A stretch of 64,000 nucleotides of DNA, from NCBI RefSeq assembly GCF_028641065.1, contig NC_073377.1, positions 77,934,001-77,998,000 of the forward strand, written 5' to 3'. This document shows, in pieces, positions 11,793-22,042 of this stretch. Source of the DNA: Leucoraja erinacea (taxonomy: Eukaryota). Under the pieces are notes generated by a model that saw nothing but the letters and a program-made list of their open reading frames with translations, had not been told where the DNA came from and searched no databases. Positions within the stretch are counted from its first letter, which is position 1. Every line of letters starts with the position of its first letter. Made by a program: the position numbers and the translations under genes.

Positions 11793-12710
11793 ATGATGGG
11801 GAGAAGAGAAAGCCCTATCTCCTCACAGTCTGGCCCGACCCTGTCTCTGGACGCGGTCTCGGTGAAACTGCCCAACTTCTGGACCACCCGGCTGCTCATC
11901 TGGTTCCAGCAGGCGGAGGCCCAGTTCAACCTGCGGGGCATCACGGTCGATGCCACCCGCTTCTATTACCTGGTGGGGGCCCTCGACCAGGACACGGTTG
12001 AAGAGGTCACGGACTTCCTCGCAGCCCCCCCGGACACTGATAAATATCTCGGCCTTAAGGAGCTCCTGCTCCAGATTTATGGCCTAAGCAGGATGGAGCG
12101 TGCTGCTAGGATCCTGCATATGGAGGGCCTAGGCGACCGACGGCCATCTAGCCTCCTAAAGGAGATGGTGGCTCTACTGGATGGGCACACGCCGTGCCTG
12201 CTATTCGAATATACATACCTGCATCTGCTGCCGGCCTACATTCGTCTGCAGCTCACAGATGCCTCCTTTGCTGACCTCAGGGCCCTCGGGAGGCGCGCCG
12301 ACGCGCTGTGGATGGCGCGCCCTGATGACGTCAGCGCGCTGGCCGTCAGCAGAGACGGGGTCGCGCTGAGGCCGATGCGCCCTGATGACGTCAACGCGCT
12401 GGCCATCGGCAGGCGCGCCGATGACGTCACCCCGGCAGCTCCCGATTTCCTCCGGTGGGGCGGGGGAGCTGTGGAAGGAGTGACAGCTCCAGCCCGACGG
12501 CCCGTACGATCGCCCCCAGTGGCAGTGAGGGGTACTGCACCTGCAGTCCAGCGCCAGCAAGCTGCAGGCACCACCAGTGGGAGCAGGCAAGCTCCAAGTA
12601 ACACCAACATGAGGCGCTGGTGCTATTTCCATCAGCGCTGGGGTGCTGCAGCACGACAATGCTGCCAGCCATGCACGTTCCCGGGAAACGCCTGGGCCGG
12701 CTGCCAATAG
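11793..12710 (+). CDS. gag: Retrotransposon Gag (CsRn1-like), open frame
   Basis: Uninterrupted ORF from the first ATG after the PBS; KLPNFW..WFQQAEAQF N-terminal motif; CYFHQRWGAAARQCCQPC. Confidence 0.85.
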   Translation: MMGRRESPISSQSGPTLSLDAVSVKLPNFWTTRLLIWFQQAEAQFNLRGITVDATRFYYLVGALDQDTVEEVTDFLAAPPDTDKYLGLKELLLQIYGLSRMERAARILHMEGLGDRRPSSLLKEMVALLDGHTPCLLFEYTYLHLLPAYIRLQLTDASFADLRALGRRADALWMARPDDVSALAVSRDGVALRPMRPDDVNALAIGRRADDVTPAAPDFLRWGGGAVEGVTAPARRPVRSPPVAVRGTAPAVQRQQAAGTTSGSRQAPSNTNMRRWCYFHQRWGAAARQCCQPCTFPGNAWAGCQ

Positions 12711-13471
12711 TCCCCGCGGCGGCCGGCCAAATTCACCGCCTCTTCGCCTGGGATCGGCGCTCCGGGACCCGCTTCCTCGTTGATACTGGAGCGGAGCTCA
12801 GCGTCCTGCCCCCTTCACTGGCCGACATTTGTTCCGGTAAGCGGGGGCCTGTCCTCACCGCGGCGAATGGCAGCCCCATCCGCACATATGAAGTGCGCAT
12901 GGTTCCGATCATGTTCGGCTCCTGCCATTACTCATGGCGGTTCACCATTGCCGACATCTCCCAGCCATTGCTCGGGGCCGATTTCCTCTGGGCGCATTCC
13001 CTCATGGTGGACGTCAGGCATCAGCGTTTGGTCAACGCCGCTACGATGGAGCCGATCACGTTGCGTTTGTATCTACCGGTGGGACCCCACAGTTTCGATC
13101 ATCGACCCCCAGCCACGGAGTGGTACATTTTATCCAGACTACCGGCCCACCTCTCCATGTACGAGCACGCCGTTGGCGCCGGATAAACTGCGTCTGGCAC
13201 GGCGGGAATTCCGCACAATGGAGACCTTGGGGATCGTCCACCCTTCGAGCAGCCCTTAGGCGTCCCCACTCCACATGGTCCCTAAGTCGAGCGGGGGCTG
13301 GCGACCTTGCGGGGATTACCGATTGCTGAACACCGCAACAACAGCGGATCGATACCCCGTACCCCACATCCAGGACTTCACCGCCCATTTGGCTGGGGCC
13401 ACAATATTTTCAAAAGTGGATCTGGTACAGGGTTATAACCAGATCCCGGTTCATCCGGATGACGTACCCAA

Positions 13472-13615
13472 CAGCTGAGGAGAAAATGGAAAGATAATAT
13501 TTCTGGTCGGGATCCTTCATCAGTCTGAAGAAGGGTCACGACCCGAAACATCACCTGTCAATTTCTTCCCCAGATCTGCCTGACCTGCTGAATTTCTCCA
13601 GCACTTTGTCTTTTG
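13472..13615. mobile_element. Penelope pseudo-LTR palindrome with hammerhead-like cores on both strands
   Basis: + strand ctgaaga a gggtc ac gaccc gaaa catc (13525-13552); - strand ctgatga a ggatcccgacca gaaa. Confidence 0.75.
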
Positions 13616-14310
13616 CCCTTTTTTGATCAAACTGTGTATCACTATTAAATGCTTTAGAATGTTTTTTTTCTTCAACAAGCTTGTTCCAATATTTCTCTGG
13701 TTTGCTAATTAAGAAATATGTGGAGGGATTTTGTTTTGACATCATTCCAGTTATTGTGTTTATCTTAATATTAATATTTAAAAAGTCTCTGACATTAATT
13801 ATCACAATTTTAAACTATGTGTAATATCTTTAAAGGATCATTTCAGGTGAACCATAGAATATTGTTCGTAAAGGCCTTTTTATTTCTCACTTCAATGGGA
13901 CCATAATGCACTTTCTAGGACAATGCATATATTATGCCACTGACACAATGCATAAAACAAGTCTACATTTTATTTCTTAAATCTGCAAGATGTCTCCACC
14001 ATCTCGACCGATGTCTAGAGTTGCTAACAATCATTGGGAATTCCCAGGATAAGCAAAACCCCATGAAATGAGTGGGTCATGTATTTAAGAATGTGATTCG
14101 GCATGATTTAAACTGTGAACAATTGTGGCTTCCGTTCAAAATTCTGAGAACTGTTGGCTGAGAAGGATTGTACGATGTCAGTGTTCGATAGCAATGACAA
14201 GTCATCTTTGCTCTATTTGTTGCCTGTGTGGCACTCAGCATGAATGGTCAATGCAATAATGTGGAGGGGGGATGGTAGACCTCTTCTGACATGAGGGCCT
14301 ATAAATTTGG

Positions 14311-14675
14311 GTTAAGTTTAGTTTAGTTTAGTTTAGTGTGGCTTAGTTTAGTGTATTTTAATTTAGTTTAGTTTAGTTTAGTTAAGAGACACAGTGTGAA
14401 AACAGGCCCTTCAGCCCACCAAGTTTGCGCTGACCATTAATCCCCGTACACTAGCACTGTTCTACACACTAGGGCCAATTTACAATTTTTACCAGTCAAT
14501 TAACCTACAAACCTGTACATCCTTGGAGTGTGGAAGGAAACCTGAGCACCCTGAGAAAGCCCACGTGGTCACAGGGAGAATGTACAAACTCTGTAGAAAT
14601 GGAACACGTAGTCAGGATCGAACCCGGGTCTCTGGCGCTGGGAGGCAGCAACTCTTACACTGTGCCACCGTGCTG
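14311..14675 (-). mobile_element. HE1-like V-SINE, near full length
   Basis: tRNA-derived head, central domain and (ctaaa)n tail. Confidence 0.9.
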
Positions 14676-15329
14676 CTGTTCCGTATTGAATGGACATAAT
14701 AGATGCTTGATATATGCTATTTAACATAACTGTGGGGTCAAGGAAAGAATGTTCACGTCATGGCCCTGTTTTCACCAATCTTTCCACCACCACGCACAAG
14801 AAGTGCAAGACAGACACCATTGTATGCAGTTGCCGGGAAGTGTGTTCAGCTCTGGCTGAACAACCTCTAATCTTGTGTGTGGACTCGATAAGAACAAGAC
14901 CTAAACTGTACAGCATGCTTGAAACTCATAAACAAATGATCGCCATCATCAATTTTTGAAGGTTTTTCAAAAATGCTGTATCACCATAAAATAAAATGAA
15001 GGATGGATTGACAGGAAAACAGTTGCAACAGATCAATTTATCTGGCAAAGTGATCTAAGCTACCTGTTAATGTTCACCAAATACGCTAACACATAGCCTG
15101 AGAGCATACACAACCCGCACGATAGATAACTAACATCAGAAAATAAAATGATAGGAGGCTATCTTATACCTCATAAGACCTAGGACTTCACTACAGATTC
15201 CCTACTGAAGAATACAAGGCAGGAAAATATGCTCGGCAGGTCAGGCTTGGCATGTCCTCCATTCCCAGAGCAAATAAACAAACTAGCTGAGTCAATATCA
15301 AAGATGGATGACCAATAAGCGATAGAGAA

Positions 15330-15515
15330 GTCAAGTTACATGAAGTTGTAGAATTCAATATTGAGTCCAGCAGGCCCAAATATGCCATGATGGAAGAAGT
15401 GATGCTCTTCAGGCTAATATTGGGCCTCGTTGTTGCTATGAAGAAGGTCACAGACTATTAGGTCCATGTGGAAGTAGGAAGTGAATTAAACTGATAGGCA
15501 ACAGGCCTGCTTGGA
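15330..15515 (-). mobile_element. Old Penelope GIY-YIG C-terminal fragment
   Basis: Minus strand EEHHFFHHGIFGPAGLNIEFYNF resembles EEQHLIFRLGSLHPDGMNVEFSQF of the 22.5 kb copy. Confidence 0.5.
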
Positions 15516-15516
15516 T

Positions 15517-16331
15517 GGGTGTGGCGGCGTGACACTGTTGCAGCGGCCCCTTCAGCCTGTATGTCTTTTTAAAATTTTGTCTAGTTAAATGTAGTTGTTC
15601 GTGTTTTTTATGAGTGTTTTTAACTGTGTATATGTGGGGGGCGGGGGGGTGCGAGGAGGAAAATTTAAAAATCTCTTCCCTGCATGGGAGACCCGACCTT
15701 TTTCCTGTCGGGTCTCCGTTGTTGTTGGGGCCTAGCACCGTGGAGTGGCCTCCTGCCGGAACAACCTGGGGGCTCCAGTCTCAGAGCCTGCGGAGCTGCG
15801 GATTCACCATTGTGGGGCTGGCCAGCCTCCAGAGCTCGGAAGCTCCAGCTGCAGCCGCAGGTCCGGTGGACTGTGATATCGGGAGCTCATGGGTCCAGGT
15901 GTGAGACCGCTTTTCGGAGCTCCCGCAACGCGACTTCTCCAGCCCATGTCGAACGACCCAGAGCAGGGCTGTACATCACCCCATGCGGCTTTAATGGCCG
16001 AGGGACAATCAAACGCTTGCCGGGGGCTCCAACATTGTGACATTTAGACCTGGAACGGGGCCGTACATCGCCCGGCGCGGCCTATAATGGCCATGGAACT
16101 TACCATCGCCCGCCTGGGGCTTCAACATCGGGAGAAAAATGGTGCAGGGGAGAGAAAGACTTTGCCTTCCATCACAGTGAGGAGGAGATTCACTGCAATG
16201 GATATTTGTGTAAATTGAATTGTGTGGGTGTATTGTAGGAATTTTCTCTGTTTGTATGGCTGTGGAAACTAAGTTTCATTTGAGCCTCACTGAGGTTCAA
16301 ATGACATGTAATAAATATTCAATTCAATTCA
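15517..16331 (+). mobile_element. Family X GC-rich ORF-less retroelement, full length
   Basis: T-rich 5' segment, G-run, 11-bp hairpin at 15687-15717, GC-rich core, tccatcacagtga stem, terminal stem-loop, AATAAA and (attca)n tail. Confidence 0.8.
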
Positions 16332-19300
16332 AAACTCAGAGTCACAGCTGCAAGCTGTTCTGTAAAGTGGTCACCCAAGCTAGGTTTGGCTTCTGCAATG
16401 TAAGGTGGCCATATTTACTTCACTTTAGAGAAACAGCGTGGGAACTGTTAATGGAATAGCGCCATCGATGGTGCAGTACCGTTGATGCAACACCCATGAG
16501 GCAGTAGCCAAGATGGATCCTGAATAAAATGGCTGAACCCAAGGCTCAAGTGTAAAGCCTCTGTTAATTAGTTGTGAAGATGTAATGGAGCAATTTACAG
16601 AGAGGAAACACAATATTAAAACATGGTGTCAGAAAGGGGCCTGACTCAGGATTCGTTGAGAGCTTTGATTGAATGAACGGCGATGGCAGACGATGTTTGT
16701 GAGTGAGTACACTACCGAGAGACGATTGTGCGGCCTACATTGTTTCCATTGATAGCGGGGCGGATTTGTCAGAAAAATGGCGCACCTAAAGCCCGCTAGG
16801 CAAATTAATTTTGAGGCAAGGGAACGGCCAATGGAGTGGAGACAATGGAGGGAGGAGTTTGAGCTCTATGTTGATTTGTGCATGGCAGGGAAGGATGACA
16901 AGACAATGAGGAAACTGCTCATATACCTAGTTGGACAGCAAGGGAGAGAGCTCTACCAAACGCTAGAGACACGGACACCGGAGGGCAACATACAAGAAGT
17001 TACGCTAGAGCAAGCTCTCGATGCTTTCGAACAGCATTGTCAACCCATGAAGAATGAGACCATCGACAGGTATAGATTCTTTATGAGAAGCCAAGAAAGA
17101 GGGGAGACTTTTGATTCGTTTTTAATAGAACTGAAGCTCTCGGCAGCTCATTGTGATTTTAGAGAGTTGAAGGATTCACTGATACGTGATTGAATAATAT
17201 GCGGCATAAGAGATGACATGCTGCCGGAGAGACTTCTCCGAGAAACCTCACTTGACTTAGAAAAGTGTGTGAAGGCATGCCAGGCTTCAGTGCTTGCCAA
17301 GGCCAGAATTGATGTCCTGTTAAGTGACCAATGACAAGATGTCTGTGCAGTGAGACAAGAGGGGAAAAGATACCAGCCAACCATACAGTGCAAATACTGC
17401 AGATACAAACATGAGAGGAAGAAGGAGAAATGTCTGGCATATGGCCGGGGGTGTTTCAAAAGCCATAAGAAAGATAATTTTGCATCCCAATGCATGGAAT
17501 AGCAGGTGCAACAGAAGAACCAGAAGAAAGAAAAGAAAGGGAAAAAAACCTGTGCATGCAGTGGAGGAAGTGGAGAGTTCCATTGATGAGTATGATGACA
17601 GTCAAGAGGATGATGAAATTCACACAATGGAACTGCAACCAGAAGCAGTAAAAGCAAAAAGTGTGCGCTGTGTTGAGGAGACTCAATTCCCAAAGAAAAT
17701 CTTTGCAACCATGATGCTGAAAGGGAAGGAAGTAAAATTCCTGGTGGACGGTGGAGCCACATGTAACTTAATTCCCAAGATGTATGCAAAGGATGTGGAT
17801 GAAACCAAGCAAGTTTGTCGATGTGCAACAATACGACAGTGGTGCATCTTGGGAAAAGCAAGGTGAGACTATTGAACCCAAAGAATGGAAGGAAATACAA
17901 AGTAGAATTTGTAGTCCTGGAGGAAGACTGCATTCCAATGCTGGGAAGCAGGGCAGCCCAGCAGATGGGGCTCATCTCAGTCTGTAAAGAGAACACAATT
18001 ACATTGAATGGCAGTGAAATCCCTCTGAGCAAGGAACGACTGATGGCTGAGCATGCTGATGTGTTTGAAGGGACAGGCAAATTTGAGGGCAAGTACCATC
18101 TGCAGGTAGATGACAGCATAATGTCGGTGATCCATCCACCACGAAGAATCCCTGTAGCCTTACAGAGTAAGCTGAAAGGGGAGTTAGGCAGACTAACAGA
18201 AGCTGAAATAATTGCCCCAGTAGAGACCCACTCTCCATGGGTATCCAGCCTTGTGTGTGTGGAAAAGCCTAATGGAAAGTTGAGAGTGTGTTTAGACCTG
18301 AGGGTTCTGAACAAGGGGCTTAAAAGAAATCATTACCCAATGACGCCGATTGAATATGTCCTCACAAACCTGAATGACGCCAAGGTCTTTAGCACGTTTG
18401 ATGTCAAGAATGGGTTTTGGCATGTGGAACTGGATGATGAGAGTTCTCAGCCTATGATATTTAACACACCATATGGCAGATATAGATGGAGATGCATATC
18501 ACGGCCCTTGAAAAGTTCCAGCAATGACAGAACCAAGTGTGGGAGGGCCTGGAAGGAGTGAGGTCTGTTGCTGAAGACATCCCAGTGTTTGGGAAAGGAA
18601 AAACTGCAGAGGAAGCAGAAAGAGACCATGACAGGAAGGTCAGAGCTCTGATGGAGAGATGTTGTGACAGAAACCTGAAGCTGAACATAGAGAAGGCAAA
18701 GCTGAGGGTGACGGAAGGCACTTTCATAGGACATAGAGTCTCTGCTGCAGGACTGAAACCAGATCCATGGAAGGTAGAAGCAGTGTTACAGATGCCTAAC
18801 CCAATGGATGTCCAAGGAGTTCTGCAATTTTTTGGGTTTGTTAACTATTTGAGCAAATTCCTTCCCGAACTAAGTGACCCATGTGAACCTCTGCACAAGC
18901 TGACACAGAAGGGTGTAGTTTGGTGGTGGGTAGAGGTGCATGACAGGGCGGGGATGGAAATAAAGAAGTTAGTAACTCCAGAGACAGTACTCAAATATTA
19001 TGATCCATCCATAGCCTGACAGTACAAGCCGAAACTGGACTTAAGGCGGTGCAGATGCAGGAGGGCCATCCAGTTGCCAGCAGGGCTCTGACGGATGCGG
19101 AGACTAGATATGCAGTGGTGTTTTTTCTAGAGAGGTTCCATGTGTACACATATGGAAGGCCAGTGAATGTGCAGTCAGACCATACGCCACTGGAGATAAT
19201 CACCACAAAACCACTTCATCGTGCACCAAAGAGTTTGCAGAGGATGCAGGTCAGGATGCAGACCTCAGATGTGACAATACGATACAGACCAGGGAAGGGA

Positions 19301-20050
19301 GGTGCAGCTTGCGGACATGCTGAGCAGAGCATATAGTCAGACTGACAAGACTGACAAGACCATGAGTGAACTGGACAATGAACTAAGCAACGCACATCCC
19401 AATGTCACAGTCTCTGCTGAATGACATAAGGGATGTAACAAAAAAAGATGAGACTATGCACAGACTGCAAGAGGTGATCAAACAAGGCTGACCAGAGAAC
19501 AAGAAGGATGTTGACCCAGAACTTATCTCCTATTGCCATGTGAGGGAGGAGCTGAGTGTTGGAGATGACCTCATATTCAGGGAGAGGGTGATCATCCCTC
19601 AAGCCAGGAGACAAGACATGATCACACGAGTACATGATTCCCGCATTGGTGTGAATGGCTGTCTAAGAAGAGCAAGAGAATGTGTGCACTGGCCCGGAAT
19701 GAGTGCAGAAATCAAGGACTTCATACCGAAATGTGAGACATGTCAAGCTCAAGGGAAAGTGCAACCAATAGAAACAATGCATTTCCATGAAATTCCAGAG
19801 GCCATGGGTGAAGGTGGGTGCAGATTTGTTCCACTTGGATGGAAGGAACTATTTGATCACCGTGGACTACTTCTCAGGATATTGGGAAATAGACTATCTA
19901 GAGAAAACACTGGCATTTAATGTCATCCATAAAATCAAAGGCCAGTTCGCAAGATATAGAATACCAGATCAGCTTATCACGGATAGTTGGCCACAGTTCA
20001 CAGCTGAGGAGTTCAAGAGATTTGCCAAGAAGTGGCAGTTTGAACATACG

Positions 20051-20810
20051 CCCTGCACTGAGACCCGACCTTTTCTCGTCGGGTCTCAGTCGTCGTTGAG
20101 GCCGCAACGAGGAGCGGCCTCCAACGGGAAGAAGCCGGGGACTCGGGTGCCGACTCACCGTCAGCGTCGTGGGGCTGCCGGGTCCGGNNNNNNNNNNNNN
20201 NNNNNNNNNNNNNNNNNNNNNNNNNNNNNNNNNNNNNNNNNNNNNNNNNNNNNNNNNNNNNNNNNNNNNNNNNNNNNNNNNNNNNNNNNNNNNNNNNNNN
20301 NNNNNNNNNNNNNNNNCGCTCTACAGGTCTGTGGACGACGGCGCCGAGCCCACGGCTCCCTAGGGGGAGACCGCTTTTCGGGGCTTCTGCGGCGGCGACT
20401 TCTCCCGCCCGAGAGCGGGGTCGAAGAGCTCCCGGAGCGGGGCCTGCCACCACTGCCCCGCGCGGCTGGAATGGCTGCGGACTCTGCGAGCGCACACCGG
20501 GGGCTCCAACATCTAGACCCGGTGTGCGACCTCGCACCACCCGGCGTGGCTATAATGGCCGCGGGACAATCGCCATTGCCAGCCGGGGGCCATGACTTTG
20601 ACTCTGACAGCGGGGGGGGGGGGGAGAGTGCAGTGGAGAGAGAAGTTTATTTGCCTCCATCACAGTTATGTGATGGATGTTTATGTTAAATGTAATTATG
20701 TTGTGTCTGGGGTCTATTTGTGTGTGTTATGTATGGCTGCAGAAACGGCATTTCGTTTGGACCTCCAGGGGTCCAAATGACAAATAAATTTGATTCTGAT
20801 TCTGATTCTG
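20051..20810 (+). mobile_element. Family X element (5'-truncated) nested in the Gypsy integrase
   Basis: Splits FEHT|SASPHYPQSNGKAES with acg duplicated; (attctg)n tail. Confidence 0.85.
20188..20316. other. Assembly gap (N run)
   Basis: Run of n characters. Confidence 1.
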
Positions 20811-22042
20811 ACGAGCGCATCACCCCATTATCCACAGAGTAATGGAAAGGCGGAGAGCAGTGTGAAAGTTGCGGTCATTGCTGAGGAAGACTAAGGTTCC
20901 AGGAGCTGATCCTTACCTGAGCATACTAGCTTTTTGAAACACACCAACACCTGGCATGAGTAGCAGTCCAGTACAAAGACTGATGAACAGACGTACCAGG
21001 ACCATACTACCAACTACTCAGATGCTACTCAAACCTGAAATTCAGAAAAAGGTAGGAGATGAATTGAGAGCAGCTAAAGACAGTGAAGCAGACTACTACA
21101 ACAGAGGATCTCAAGAACTGATTACCCTTAAGTTCGATTGAAGCCGACTGGTGACCGACATCAGCCCTGGAGGAAGGCTGTGGTTGGAGGCCATGTTGCG
21201 CAACCCAGATCATATGAAGTCAGAACCGAGGACGGCGTTATCTATCGTCGGGATCGGTGCCATCTGAGGAAGACTAAAGAGCCATTTCATTGCGCTGATG
21301 TTGACCTGGATGACCTGGTGACGTTGCCTGAACCGGAGCGAGACAATCAACCTATGAGCCAAAGACCAGTTCCCAGGGAGCATCAAACACTGACAACAAG
21401 ATCTGGTAGATGCATTCGAAAACCACATTATCTGCAGGATTATATGCCCAAATAACAAAAGGTCCTGATCATGTAGTTGATTATAGATCTAAAAGGCTAT
21501 TAGGTTATGGTTAAGATGTTAATGTTATATTGTTTTTTTATAGTTTGATGTGCATAGAAGCAGTGGTAATGGCCATGTTAAAACTAAACAAAGTAATAAA
21601 TTAAAAAGGGGAAAGGAATAACTAAATAAAGAAACAAACAAACAGATTAACAAAATAAAAAGGGGAAAGGGAATGAGGAACCAGACATGTGTTGTTCAAA
21701 GTGTAAATAATTCTGAGGCAGATCCAAGGAATGAAAATTTGAAAAATGTTGGAAAATGGACAGTCCGACACATGTTGGACTCATTGAAATAAGATGCCAT
21801 GGAAGAATTTAATTTATTGCTATAGAATATTCCTGTACACATGTGTTTTTTAAACAAAGGGGGATGTTATGGGAATAGCGCCATCGGTGGTGCAGTACCG
21901 ACGATGCAATACCCGTGAGGCAGTAGCCAAGATGGATCCTGAATAAAATGGCTGAACCCAAGGCTGGAGTGTAAAGCCTCTGTTAATTAGTTGCGAAGCT
22001 GTAATGGAGCAGTTTACAGAAAGGAAACACAATATTAAAACA

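Larger units (their letters stand above)
11561..13471 (+). mobile_element. CsRn1-clade Ty3/Gypsy LTR retrotransposon, truncated (5' LTR 11561-11763, PBS, gag, protease, RT start)
   Basis: LTR ends ...ACCACA; PBS follows; gag has a CX2HX9CX3C motif; protease FLVDTGAELS; RT start [25 protein letters not shown]. Confidence 0.9.
16446..22042 (+). mobile_element. Mag-like Ty3/Gypsy LTR retrotransposon, full-length but decayed
   Basis: 178-bp LTRs at 16446-16623 and 21865-22042 (TG..CA, about 13 mismatches); PBS tggtgtcagaa (tRNA-Leu-like); PPT aaaggggga; 5-bp TSD ggaac/gaaac. Gag from 16777, protease LVDGGATCN, RT, RNase H and integrase pieces, all with stops or frameshifts. Confidence 0.95.

Noticed and set aside
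14600-14675. tRNA gene
   Set aside because: Only the tRNA-derived head of a SINE; no complete cloverleaf.
17148-18314. 388-aa minus-strand ORF
   Set aside because: Antisense shadow of the Gypsy gag-pol; no recognisable domain.
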